The notes under the pieces: generated by a model
Seen by the model: only the letters and a program-made list of their open reading frames with translations
Database searches by the model: none
What the model was told of the DNA's origin: nothing
From: a virus
Lineage: Duplodnaviria; Caudoviricetes
Length of the DNA stretch: 38,527 nucleotides
IMG/VR virus record: IMGVR_UViG_3300027798_000002
Span: 1-38,527 of that record
Reading direction: 5' to 3' (one strand)
Program-made: the position numbers and the translations under genes
Part shown: positions 15,566 to 24,395 of the stretch, piece by piece
Layout of the letters: every line of letters starts with the position of its first letter
Position numbering within the stretch: position 1 is the stretch's first letter

Positions 15566-15667
15566 TTCTCTCGATGGAGGTGATTGCCTGTTTCACTGGG
15601 CCTATCTTGGCGGCTCGGAAAGACGAGTAGTGGTGTAGCAACGCCGAGAGGAGTCGCAAAGCCGCGA
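15566..15667 (+). ncRNA. Candidate structured ncRNA (multi-branch junction)
   Basis: Intergenic; closing stem TTCTCTCG/CGAGAGGA enclosing 3-4 hairpins, plus a downstream hairpin. Confidence 0.55.
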
Positions 15668-15697
15668 ACAACATAGACCAGGAGAAGGAATAGAAGA

Positions 15698-15895
15698 ATG
15701 ATGACAGTCAAATTTGGATACTCCAATGGTGGAGAGAAAATCCATGAAGCCAAGCATGTAAACAGCAGTACTGACGGAACGATTTATATCGAAGATGGCA
15801 GCGGATACACGTACGGCGCACAGCTAAGCCGTGGTGATGTACTTTATGTGATGAATGAGAAAGGTGGCACCATCGCTACATATCATGGACTGTAG
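15698..15895 (+). CDS. Hypothetical protein
   Basis: 65 aa, AAGGA RBS, LYVMNEKGGTIATY motif. Confidence 0.7.
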   Translation: MMTVKFGYSNGGEKIHEAKHVNSSTDGTIYIEDGSGYTYGAQLSRGDVLYVMNEKGGTIATYHGL

Positions 15896-15898
15896 CTG

Positions 15899-15936
15899 AC
15901 ATTGCAGCAGGCATTTACGAGTGCCTGCGATAATGT
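15899..15936 (+). other. Lambdoid late-region hairpin with internal loop
   Basis: ACATTG-CA-GCAGGCATT-TACG-AGTGCCTGC-GA-TAATGT. Confidence 0.65.
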
Positions 15937-15960
15937 AGAGAGACATCAAGAGGAATAGTG

Positions 15961-16341
15961 ATGAAGAAGTTAAAGCCGATTATCGAAGTAACGGTGCCTT
16001 TGTATGGCGTCACAATTGCTATTTGCTCTAATTCAAAGGCTGCCGATAAAAGATTCGGTGATAATTTTCTTTATAAATACTTCAAGGCACAGGTATGCGT
16101 AATTGAATCCCCAAAAACTGGAATATCAATGGTGACAATATGCTTCGATTCACCAGATAGCTACGATGCTGAGGTGCTTTGTCATGAATGCGTTCATGCA
16201 GCATGGCGAGTGCTAGACCTGGTTGGAGTGAAAGTTGGATTTGATAATCAAGAGCCCTTGGCATATCTCGCTGGATGGATATCTCGTAAAGTTAACAATT
16301 TTATGGTTTCTCACATAGAAGCAATTAAAGGTGTAAAATGA
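15961..16341 (+). CDS. HExxH-motif (zincin-like) protein
   Basis: LCHECVHAA...NQEPLAYL. Confidence 0.7.
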   Translation: MKKLKPIIEVTVPLYGVTIAICSNSKAADKRFGDNFLYKYFKAQVCVIESPKTGISMVTICFDSPDSYDAEVLCHECVHAAWRVLDLVGVKVGFDNQEPLAYLAGWISRKVNNFMVSHIEAIKGVK

Positions 16342-16393
16342 AGAAGGTATTCATAAGGTCTTACCCTCAATTTAAACGCAGAGGATTGAAGAA

Positions 16394-16657
16394 ATGAGTG
16401 AAGTAATCCCTATCGCAGACTCCGAATCGCTGGTTCTGCAACTGTTCAGCATGTTTAATAATGACGTAGCTGCGGTATCCATTGCTAAAGAGTTTGTAGG
16501 GTTATCGTCGCTAAAATTTCAGCTACTGCAAATGTCAATTGGTGATGCGACAGCTCACGCTGGGCAACAACTGGTTGAGGGTGCCACTATTGATTATGTG
16601 GTGGTGGCAAATCGCGCTGTTCAGTTAGCTAAAAACAAACTGACCGCATTTAGTTAA
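16394..16657 (+). CDS. P22 orf80-like (DUF2560-like) protein
   Basis: MSEVIPI..LQLF...A.EFVG...LKFQL resembles P22 orf80; position before terS. Confidence 0.6.
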   Translation: MSEVIPIADSESLVLQLFSMFNNDVAAVSIAKEFVGLSSLKFQLLQMSIGDATAHAGQQLVEGATIDYVVVANRAVQLAKNKLTAFS

Positions 16658-16666
16658 GGAAACATC

Positions 16667-16999
16667 ATGGCATTAACTACTTATGAAGTTGTAACGAGTA
16701 CTAGCGCTGACTCTGTAACCGCGCTGGTTAAGGCGACTATCGCAACGAAACCCCCTATCGGTTCGGTTCGCGCTGATCTGGAAACGGTGGGCGGTAAGGT
16801 TCAGTTCTTCCAGGTTATCGCTAGTGGCGCAACAGCTGCGACTGATTACAAGATTGTACAGCACTCCGACCGAGCAACCTTCACAGCACTGGCGGCTGCT
16901 GCTGTTGTGGGTGGCTTCGCACCATTGGGTGACTTGGATGTATTGCATACCACAGTAGGTGGAGCTCACTTATTCGTGCAGGCATTCAGCAAGCCTTAA
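16667..16999 (+). CDS. Two-repeat DUF1737-like protein, possible virion decoration
   Basis: YEVV...PIG...QVI and YKIV...PLG...QAF internal duplication; AAGGA RBS. Confidence 0.55.
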   Translation: MALTTYEVVTSTSADSVTALVKATIATKPPIGSVRADLETVGGKVQFFQVIASGATAATDYKIVQHSDRATFTALAAAAVVGGFAPLGDLDVLHTTVGGAHLFVQAFSKP

Positions 17000-17014
17000 T
17001 AACCAAAATAAAGC

Positions 17015-17037
17015 AGCCCGTTAACTCGGGCTTTTTT
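17015..17037 (+). terminator. Intrinsic terminator
   Basis: AGCCCG-TTAACT-CGGGCT followed by a T run. Confidence 0.85.
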
Positions 17038-17078
17038 GTGATAATATTCTCGAAATACGAGAAAAATACGAGACAATT

Positions 17079-17561
17079 ATGACAGAAAATCAACAGAAAA
17101 AACCGCGCGGAGGTAGAAAGTTCACATCAGAACATCAGCCAACAGTAAGGCGCGGAAAGGATAAGTTTAAGCTCTTGATAGAGGCCCTTGAGAGGAAGGG
17201 CCATACCATAGAGGACTTCTACGATAAGGTTGTAGAGCTTGCTATGACAGATAAGGCTGATGGTGCGGCTATGCAATCGGCAATGATTAGAGAGCTGCTA
17301 GTCAGGTGCCATCCAATTCCAAAACAAACAGCTCCAATGATTACCTTTGTCTATCCTAGTCACGGAAGTCCAGTAGAGAAGATAGACGCAATTATTAATG
17401 GCGTTTCAAATGGTGAAATTCCATCTGATATAGCAACTCAGATTGTATCCATCATCAAAATTGGTATCGACGTTCAGGAAACGACTGAATTAATGGAGCG
17501 AGTGTCTAAACTGGAAGCATTGTTATCTGGTGGTATAAATGGCAAAGAAACTAGCGAGTAG
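17079..17561 (+). CDS. terS: Terminase small subunit
   Basis: Position before terL, basic N-terminus, helical C-terminus ELMERVSKLEALL. Confidence 0.7.
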   Translation: MTENQQKKPRGGRKFTSEHQPTVRRGKDKFKLLIEALERKGHTIEDFYDKVVELAMTDKADGAAMQSAMIRELLVRCHPIPKQTAPMITFVYPSHGSPVEKIDAIINGVSNGEIPSDIATQIVSIIKIGIDVQETTELMERVSKLEALLSGGINGKETSE

Positions 17562-19170
17562 ACTCGACAGATTAGAGGCCGAGGCAACTAGCATGTATGG
17601 TTCCGGCGTAAAGAAAATGACGGTCTACGGTATTGTTGATATGGGCCTTAAAGTTATCCGTCGGTGGGTTCGTAGCGGTGATTCATTCGTGGAAACCGAC
17701 GACGATCCTGATTTACTTATTGCCGAGCGACTTGAACCACTGCTAATAAAGAAAAAGAAATACAAGGTAGCGTATGGCGGACGAGGGGGAATGAAATCCA
17801 TATTTGCCATGGATATTCTAGCAGCCGAAGCGAATGATTTTGGTTCCAGCGTAATGTGCTTCCGTGAGGTGCAGAAATCACTTAAAGAGTCAGTTTTCAA
17901 AGGCTTAAAGGGTGAGATACGTCGATTGGGATTCAATGGATTCAGGCCAATAGAGAGCCAGAGTGAAATTCGCCACGCCAATGGTGCGGTATTCTCGTTC
18001 TGGGGTCTCAATACCAACCTCACGAACATGAAATCACTCTATGGGTACAAAAGGTTTTGGACTGAAGAGGCTGAAACAATTAGCCAGGAGTCTCTTGATG
18101 TCATGGGCCCAACGCTTCGTGGTATTGATGATGCTGAGTTATGGTTCACGTTCAACCCAAAATCAAGTGAAGGGCCAACCAGTCAGGCATTCATAATTCC
18201 ATTCCAAGATTCATTATTGCGCGATGGATATTACGAGGACGACCACCATTTAATAATCAAGGTTGGATACGAACATAACCCTTGGTTTGAAAGTGACAAA
18301 ACGCTAAGGGAAGAGCTTGAGAAAGACCGGGCCAAATTAAAAAACGGGTACATGTCACAATCAAAGTTCGATTGGATATGGCATGGTGAATTTAGTGATG
18401 ATGTTGAAGACTCAATTATTCAGCCTGAATGGTTTGATGCTGCAATAGATGCACATAAGAAACTGGGTTGGAAGCCGTCAGGAATGAAGGTGCTGTCGTA
18501 TGACCCGGCAGATATGGGTGGTGATGCAAAGGCCATATCAATCAGGCATGGCTCGCTTGTCATTGATGTGCAAGAGAAGCTAGATGGCGATGTTAATGAT
18601 GCTACAGACTGGGCGTCAAACGCGGCTATAGATAATCAGTGCGACTTATTTACCTGGGATGGCGACGGGCTAGGGGCCAGCCTGCGCAGGCAAATAAAAG
18701 AATCACTGGAAGGAAAGCGTACCGATGTTGTCCAATTTAAGGGTGGCGAATCACCTGATAGCCCTGATGCCATTTATCAGCCGTCAGATGAAGTGGATAG
18801 CCCTAAGAGCTGGCGAACCAATAAGGATGTATTCAGGAATAAGCGTGCGCAATTCTACAAGCGCCTAGCTGACCGATTCTTTAATACTTATCGCGCAGTG
18901 CATAAAGGTGAGTATGTAGATCCTGCTGACATGATTAGCCTGTCAAGCGATATAAAGAGCCTGGCGAAATTACGCGCAGAATTGTGTAGAATACCAAGAA
19001 AGGCAAATGGCAACGGTTACTTCCAGATAATGACCAAAGATGAAATGAAGTCTAAGCTGAAAATTAAGTCACCTAACATGGCTGATGCCCTGATGATGTC
19101 AATGCTTGAATGGAGTCCGGTAATGAAGCCAGACTACTCGAATTATAACGTACCTTGCGGAGTTGGCTGA
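17539..19170 (+). CDS. terL: Terminase large subunit
   Basis: Walker A YGGRGGMKS, Walker B FWTEEAE, FTFNP, nuclease DPADMGGD and SPNMADALMM. Confidence 0.95.
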   Translation: MAKKLASRLDRLEAEATSMYGSGVKKMTVYGIVDMGLKVIRRWVRSGDSFVETDDDPDLLIAERLEPLLIKKKKYKVAYGGRGGMKSIFAMDILAAEANDFGSSVMCFREVQKSLKESVFKGLKGEIRRLGFNGFRPIESQSEIRHANGAVFSFWGLNTNLTNMKSLYGYKRFWTEEAETISQESLDVMGPTLRGIDDAELWFTFNPKSSEGPTSQAFIIPFQDSLLRDGYYEDDHHLIIKVGYEHNPWFESDKTLREELEKDRAKLKNGYMSQSKFDWIWHGEFSDDVEDSIIQPEWFDAAIDAHKKLGWKPSGMKVLSYDPADMGGDAKAISIRHGSLVIDVQEKLDGDVNDATDWASNAAIDNQCDLFTWDGDGLGASLRRQIKESLEGKRTDVVQFKGGESPDSPDAIYQPSDEVDSPKSWRTNKDVFRNKRAQFYKRLADRFFNTYRAVHKGEYVDPADMISLSSDIKSLAKLRAELCRIPRKANGNGYFQIMTKDEMKSKLKIKSPNMADALMMSMLEWSPVMKPDYSNYNVPCGVG

Positions 19171-19172
19171 TA

Positions 19173-21365
19173 ATGGCGAGTAAAGAAGAAAAATTAGCAG
19201 AATGGCACGACAAGGCGAAGCGTAACTTTTCCAAGGCATACGAGCAGACTGACGATATGCGCAGCCAGATAGTTGAGGCCCAGCGCTTCGTGCGTGTTCG
19301 TGGGGCACAGTGGGAGGGAAGTACCAATGCTGGATGGTCATTCAAAGATGTTGAGACTGGTACCGACCGGTTCGATAAATACCCTCGATTTGAGCTGAAT
19401 AAAGTTGCTAGGGAGTGCGATCGCATCATCAGTGAATACCGGAAAAACCGTATCACCGTCAAGTTTCGTCCAAAGGATGGTCAGGCTTCGGAAGAGTTAG
19501 CTGAGAAGATGAACGGTAAGTTCCGCGCTGACTACGAAGAGACTAGTGGTGGTGAGGCTTGCGATAATGCCTTTGATGATGGCGTTGTCGGCGGAATGGG
19601 TTGCTGGCGCTTATCTGCTGATTACGAGGATGAAATGGATCCGTCCAATGAGCAGAAACGTATTTCATTCATGCCAGTATATGATCCGGCTAACTGCGTG
19701 TTTTTCGACCAGGACGCAAAGCAATATGACCGGTCTGATGCTATGTGGGCTATGGAAATGTTTTCCATGACACCAGATGCATTTCGGGCAGCCTATCCTG
19801 ATGCCGAGTGTGCGAGCCTCGACCACAATACAGATAACAGCCAATATGACTGGAATACTCCGGACGCTGTATACGTTGGACGCTATTATGAAATTAAAAT
19901 AGAGAACGTTAAGATTCTCGCCTATCAGAACCCGTTGACCGGTGAGAAGGCCATCTATGATGAGGATGAAATCAAAGACATCAAAGATGAGTTGGAGGAA
20001 TCAGGCGCGTTCATCTTCCTTGGCGAGCGTGAGGTTAAGAAGCGTCGCGTTTACTGCGGGCTGATGTCTGGATTCGAATGGCTTGAAGATCCGAAACGTA
20101 TGGTTGGTGAGCACATTCCTCTTGTACCATTCTACGGGCGTAGGTCATTCGTGGATAACATGGAGCGCATTGAGGGTCACGCCGCCAAGGCGATGGATGC
20201 TCAGCGATTAGAAAATCTGATGGTGTCAATGGTGGCAGATAATGCAACTCAATCAGGTGGGGATAACATCCCGATTGTTGATGTTAATATGATACCAGGC
20301 CCACTTGCCCGTCATTGGGCTGAAAGGAACACTAAGCGTCCGGCATATCTACCGATGGAAAGTTTACGCGACCAGGCTGGCAACATAGTCTCTCCTGCTG
20401 CGGTGAGTGGATATACCCAGCCAACCCCATTGTCTCCTGCCGTGGCCGCATTGCTGCAATATACTGGCGCAACCATCCAGCAAATCACCGGCTCCACTGG
20501 CATTGATAGCATCCCAAGCAACATTGCCACTGATACCGTCGATTCGATATTTAACCGCCTGGATACGCAATCATTCATCTACATGGATAACATGGCCAAG
20601 TCCATGCGTCGGTGTGGTGTTATCTGGATGTCTATGGCCAGAGAGATTTACGGCTCAGACAAAGAAGTCCGGATCATGAATGAAGATGGTTCTGACGATA
20701 TGATACTGCTATCAGGTGAAGTTATTGACCGGCAGACCGGAGAGGCTACCGCACTTAATGATCTTAGCGTTGGTAAGTATGAAGTCACTGTCGATGTTGG
20801 GCAATCATTCGCTTCACGCCGTGATGCCACGATTCGCCAGTTAACGACCATTCTGCAATCGTTGCCACCACAACACCCTTACTATTCAATCATCATGAGC
20901 ATGATTATCGACGCAATGGATGGTGAAGGCATCAGCGACCTCAAAGATTACAACCGGCAGCAGTTGCTATTGCAAGGTGTCACTAAGCCTAAGACGCCAG
21001 AAGAAGAACAGATGGTTTCCCAGGCACAGCAAGCTCAACAGCAACAGCCAGACCCAGCTGCAATGCAAGCGCAAGGGGTTCTACTTACCGGGCAAGCTGA
21101 CTTACTCAAGGCACAGACTGATATGCAAGCGCAACAGGTCAAGGCATTCTCTGCATCTCAGGACGCCAACCTTAAACAAGCCCAGACAGTTAAGACAATT
21201 GTCGAGGCGAGAAATATTGATAAGCAAAGTATTATGGATGCCCTGCGCCTCCTGGGTGATTTCTTCCAGCAGGAACAGGACAACTCCAGAGCTAATGCCC
21301 AGGAGATATTAAATGGCGCGCAGCAGTTCCAGCAGAATAACCAGCAAAACATCCCTCCAATGTAA
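19173..21365 (+). CDS. Portal protein (P22 gp1-like)
   Basis: YPRFELNKVAREC.RIISEYR, GEHIPLVPFYG, Q-rich C-terminal barrel. Confidence 0.95.
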   Translation: MASKEEKLAEWHDKAKRNFSKAYEQTDDMRSQIVEAQRFVRVRGAQWEGSTNAGWSFKDVETGTDRFDKYPRFELNKVARECDRIISEYRKNRITVKFRPKDGQASEELAEKMNGKFRADYEETSGGEACDNAFDDGVVGGMGCWRLSADYEDEMDPSNEQKRISFMPVYDPANCVFFDQDAKQYDRSDAMWAMEMFSMTPDAFRAAYPDAECASLDHNTDNSQYDWNTPDAVYVGRYYEIKIENVKILAYQNPLTGEKAIYDEDEIKDIKDELEESGAFIFLGEREVKKRRVYCGLMSGFEWLEDPKRMVGEHIPLVPFYGRRSFVDNMERIEGHAAKAMDAQRLENLMVSMVADNATQSGGDNIPIVDVNMIPGPLARHWAERNTKRPAYLPMESLRDQAGNIVSPAAVSGYTQPTPLSPAVAALLQYTGATIQQITGSTGIDSIPSNIATDTVDSIFNRLDTQSFIYMDNMAKSMRRCGVIWMSMAREIYGSDKEVRIMNEDGSDDMILLSGEVIDRQTGEATALNDLSVGKYEVTVDVGQSFASRRDATIRQLTTILQSLPPQHPYYSIIMSMIIDAMDGEGISDLKDYNRQQLLLQGVTKPKTPEEEQMVSQAQQAQQQQPDPAAMQAQGVLLTGQADLLKAQTDMQAQQVKAFSASQDANLKQAQTVKTIVEARNIDKQSIMDALRLLGDFFQQEQDNSRANAQEILNGAQQFQQNNQQNIPPM

Positions 21366-21477
21366 TTTTTTGGATGTCAATTAAATCTGTTGGTCAAATT
21401 TGCTAATTGTTAGTGAAAAGGGCTAATATAAGAATGCTCTCCGGTGGAGCTAATCACTGAGTAAATAGGGGTTTTAA

Positions 21478-22380
21478 ATGGAACAAGCAGAAAACGATGT
21501 CATCCAGAATGAAGTAGGGCAGCCAGGGCAAGAGACTGAACAAAAACCAGTTTCAGGGTTGGGCGATGCGTGGGAAGAAGTATCTCCTGAGCAGTCTATC
21601 GGAAGCGATGCAATTGAACTTGATGTTACTGATGATTCAAATAGCGAATCTGACGAACAGAATGGCGAAGTTGACGAAGTTGAAGATGGAGAGGACGAGT
21701 TCTATTTTGGTGACGAAAAGCTGGAGTCGCTTACCAGCGCTGAAGAGAAAGACCCGGCATTAGTTAAGAATCTTCGAAGCGTAATCAAGCAGAAAGAAAA
21801 AGAGCTGCGTGAATTGCGTCATGCCTCTACAGCAGTAGCGCAACCAGTATCTCTTGATCTGCCGCCAGAGCCTACTATGGAGTCAGTAGATTACGATGAA
21901 GAAGATTTTAAAACAAAATGGCGTGAATGGAACGACAAGAAGCTTCAGGTTGAAGGCGTTAAGAAACAGCAAGAAGCGCAGCAAGAAGAATACGTCAAGT
22001 TGCACAATGATAAGCTAGCTAAGTATACGGATGCAAAGCGAGATGTTAAGTTCAAGGACTATCATCTTGCTGAGCAAGCGGTAATTGATGAGATCCCCGT
22101 CAGGTATCAAAACGCAATTATCGACTACTCAAGCAATCCTACTTTAGTTGTCATGGCACTTGGCCGCAGCGCTCAGCTTCGTAACGAATTAGCTAATGCG
22201 AAAGACCCCATCGCGTTAGGTCGGCTTCTTGAACGAATTGAGACAAAAGCAAAGGCGCTACCAAAAGGCAAGAAAGCAGCAACCATCACCCCTGATATCA
22301 AATCTCAAGGTGGTGTGCAGCGCCGAACCTCAGCAGATATAGCTCTATCAAAAGTGCTGCCTGACGCAGTATTTAAATAA
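21478..22380 (+). CDS. Scaffolding protein (P22 gp8-like)
   Basis: Acidic N-terminus, LPPEPT..VDYDEE, between portal and coat. Confidence 0.88.
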   Translation: MEQAENDVIQNEVGQPGQETEQKPVSGLGDAWEEVSPEQSIGSDAIELDVTDDSNSESDEQNGEVDEVEDGEDEFYFGDEKLESLTSAEEKDPALVKNLRSVIKQKEKELRELRHASTAVAQPVSLDLPPEPTMESVDYDEEDFKTKWREWNDKKLQVEGVKKQQEAQQEEYVKLHNDKLAKYTDAKRDVKFKDYHLAEQAVIDEIPVRYQNAIIDYSSNPTLVVMALGRSAQLRNELANAKDPIALGRLLERIETKAKALPKGKKAATITPDIKSQGGVQRRTSADIALSKVLPDAVFK

Positions 22381-22401
22381 TTCATCGGAGAGTTTTTTAC
22401 T

Positions 22402-23673
22402 ATGGCTAATAACTTATCATCCAACGTAAGTCAGATTGTACTGAAAAAGTTTGCCCCTATGTTCATGAGCGATTGTGTACTTCTGAACACTGTTGACCGC
22501 CAACTTATCCAGGGTGAAATTAATCCCAACACCGGGGACACCGTTTGGATTAAACGCCCTCATCAATACAGCACTTTGCGCACGCCGGGCGGTGACATTT
22601 CTGCATCCAACAAGAATGGGCTGATCTCAGGTAAGATTGCCGCGAAGATTACTAACTATGCAACTGTAGCTGTAGAGTGGACATCGCTTGAGCAAGCAAT
22701 CCAATTGAACCAGTTGGAAGAAATCCTTAAGCCGGTATCAGAGCAGTTGGTTACAGCTCTTGAGTTGGAGCTGGGCCGATTCATTCAGGCGAATGGGGCA
22801 CTATCTCTCGGTGACTTCAATACGCCAATCACTAAATGGGGTGATGTTGCACAAGCCGGTTCAATGCTAAAAGATATTGGCGTGACTGGTACTAACTACG
22901 CAGTGATGAACCCATGGGCGGCACAGAACCTTGCTGACCGTCAGTCAAGCATTGGCACTGTTGATCAACTGGTTCGTACTGCATGGGAAGATGCTCAAAT
23001 TGCATCAAACTTTGGTGGCGTCCGGGCAATCATGTCCAACGCATTGCCATCTCGCACCTCTGGAACCCTGGCTGGCGCTGCTGGCATTACTGTTTCAGCA
23101 ACTCCGACAATTGATTATCTGGCAGCTAAAGATACCTATCAGATGACCATCGTTCTGGCTGGCGTAACCAACGGCGCAACACTGAAAGCTGGTGATCAGC
23201 TGGAGTTTGCAACCACTTACTGGCTTAACCAGCAAAACAAGCAGATCCTGAATAACAACGCCGGGCCCATCAAGTTCACCGCAACTGTTATCAATGACGT
23301 AACCAGCACCGGTACAACCATGTCAGTAGTTGTATCTGGCGCTGCAATAATTGATGCCACTAACCCTCAGTACAATACTGTATCGGCTGCTATCACTGCT
23401 GGCATGGCGGTAACTGTAAAGGGTACCACTATCACTACCGCTCGACCTGGCCTGTTCTATAATGAAAAGGCCATCGCAATGGGTACGGTAGAACTACCTA
23501 AATTGCACTCACTTGACTCTGCCGTGATGAGCGCGAATAAGGCTGGTCTGTCCATTCGAGTTCATAAATACTCAAATGGTGACGCCAACAAGCAGTATAT
23601 GCGTTTCGATATCCTGCCAGCATTCGCAATCCTCAATCCAATGATGGCCGGTCAGTTCTACGGCGTGGCGTAA
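22402..23673 (+). CDS. Major capsid protein (P22 gp5 family)
   Basis: MANNLSSNVSQIVLKKF..., TGDTVWIKRPHQ, MRFDILPAFA..NP..AGQFYG. Confidence 0.95.
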   Translation: MANNLSSNVSQIVLKKFAPMFMSDCVLLNTVDRQLIQGEINPNTGDTVWIKRPHQYSTLRTPGGDISASNKNGLISGKIAAKITNYATVAVEWTSLEQAIQLNQLEEILKPVSEQLVTALELELGRFIQANGALSLGDFNTPITKWGDVAQAGSMLKDIGVTGTNYAVMNPWAAQNLADRQSSIGTVDQLVRTAWEDAQIASNFGGVRAIMSNALPSRTSGTLAGAAGITVSATPTIDYLAAKDTYQMTIVLAGVTNGATLKAGDQLEFATTYWLNQQNKQILNNNAGPIKFTATVINDVTSTGTTMSVVVSGAAIIDATNPQYNTVSAAITAGMAVTVKGTTITTARPGLFYNEKAIAMGTVELPKLHSLDSAVMSANKAGLSIRVHKYSNGDANKQYMRFDILPAFAILNPMMAGQFYGVA

Positions 23674-23694
23674 TAATTTGCATAGCTATAAAAT

Positions 23695-23718
23695 AAAGGG
23701 GGCTTCGGCCTCCTTTTT
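23695..23718 (+). terminator. Intrinsic terminator after coat gene
   Basis: GGGGGC-TTCG-GCCTCC-TTTTT. Confidence 0.9.
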
Positions 23719-23734
23719 AATATGAGGGAATTAC

Positions 23735-23926
23735 ATGCGAACTCTTTATAAAGATGGTGGGCAGGTAGAGATATGGGGTCAATGGCTTGATTATGTCGTC
23801 GTAGAAGAAGCGGATGTGGAGAAGCATCTTGCTGATGGCTGGCGGCTTCATCCTATTGCGGCTGAAGGCAAACAAAAGAAAGCGCAAAAATCCAAAGGTG
23901 ATCGCGATGGCAAAGACGAAGGGTGA
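23735..23926 (+). CDS. Small conserved protein after coat gene
   Basis: LYKDG..WG...DYVVV..DV..HLADGW..HP motif; synteny with P22-like phages. Confidence 0.75.
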   Translation: MRTLYKDGGQVEIWGQWLDYVVVEEADVEKHLADGWRLHPIAAEGKQKKAQKSKGDRDGKDEG

Positions 23927-24395
23927 TATCGTAAGAAAGGCCCTCAGAAAAATAGGCGTCGCAAGCAGTGCCACGCTATCTCAAATTGAACCAGAGTCAA
24001 TGGCTGATGCTCTTGAAGATCTTGAAGATATGATGGCCGAGTGGGATGTCGAGGGTATAAAAATTGGCTTTGCGTTTGGATCTGAACCACTAAGCCCAGA
24101 CGATTCATGCGGACTGCCTGACTGGGCGATTAATGGCGCAGCCCTTGGCCTTGCTATGCAGATATCCCCTGACTATAACCGACCTATTACAGCAGAACTG
24201 GCAGCAGAAGCATTTAGTGCAAAGATGGCTGTCCGCAAAGGTATAGTTTTTGTCCCATCTCTCGCACGCCGTAATGACATGCCTGTAGGCCAGGGGAATA
24301 AACCATTCCGCACAAGAAACCGATTCTATGTCGAGCCACATACGTTGCAAGACGAGGATGGTAATCAAATAATTGAGGTGAATCATGGAAATTAG
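23907..24395 (+). CDS. Head-tail connector (P22 gp4-like)
   Basis: TKGDIVRKALRKIGVASSATL, ALEDLEDMMAEW, MPVGQGN. Confidence 0.92.
   Translation: MAKTKGDIVRKALRKIGVASSATLSQIEPESMADALEDLEDMMAEWDVEGIKIGFAFGSEPLSPDDSCGLPDWAINGAALGLAMQISPDYNRPITAELAAEAFSAKMAVRKGIVFVPSLARRNDMPVGQGNKPFRTRNRFYVEPHTLQDEDGNQIIEVNHGN

Noticed and set aside
15553-15753. Minus-strand 66 aa ORF, or a canonical tRNA, over the structured region
   Set aside because: No RBS and it overlaps a plus-strand gene; no T-loop consensus or CCA for a true tRNA
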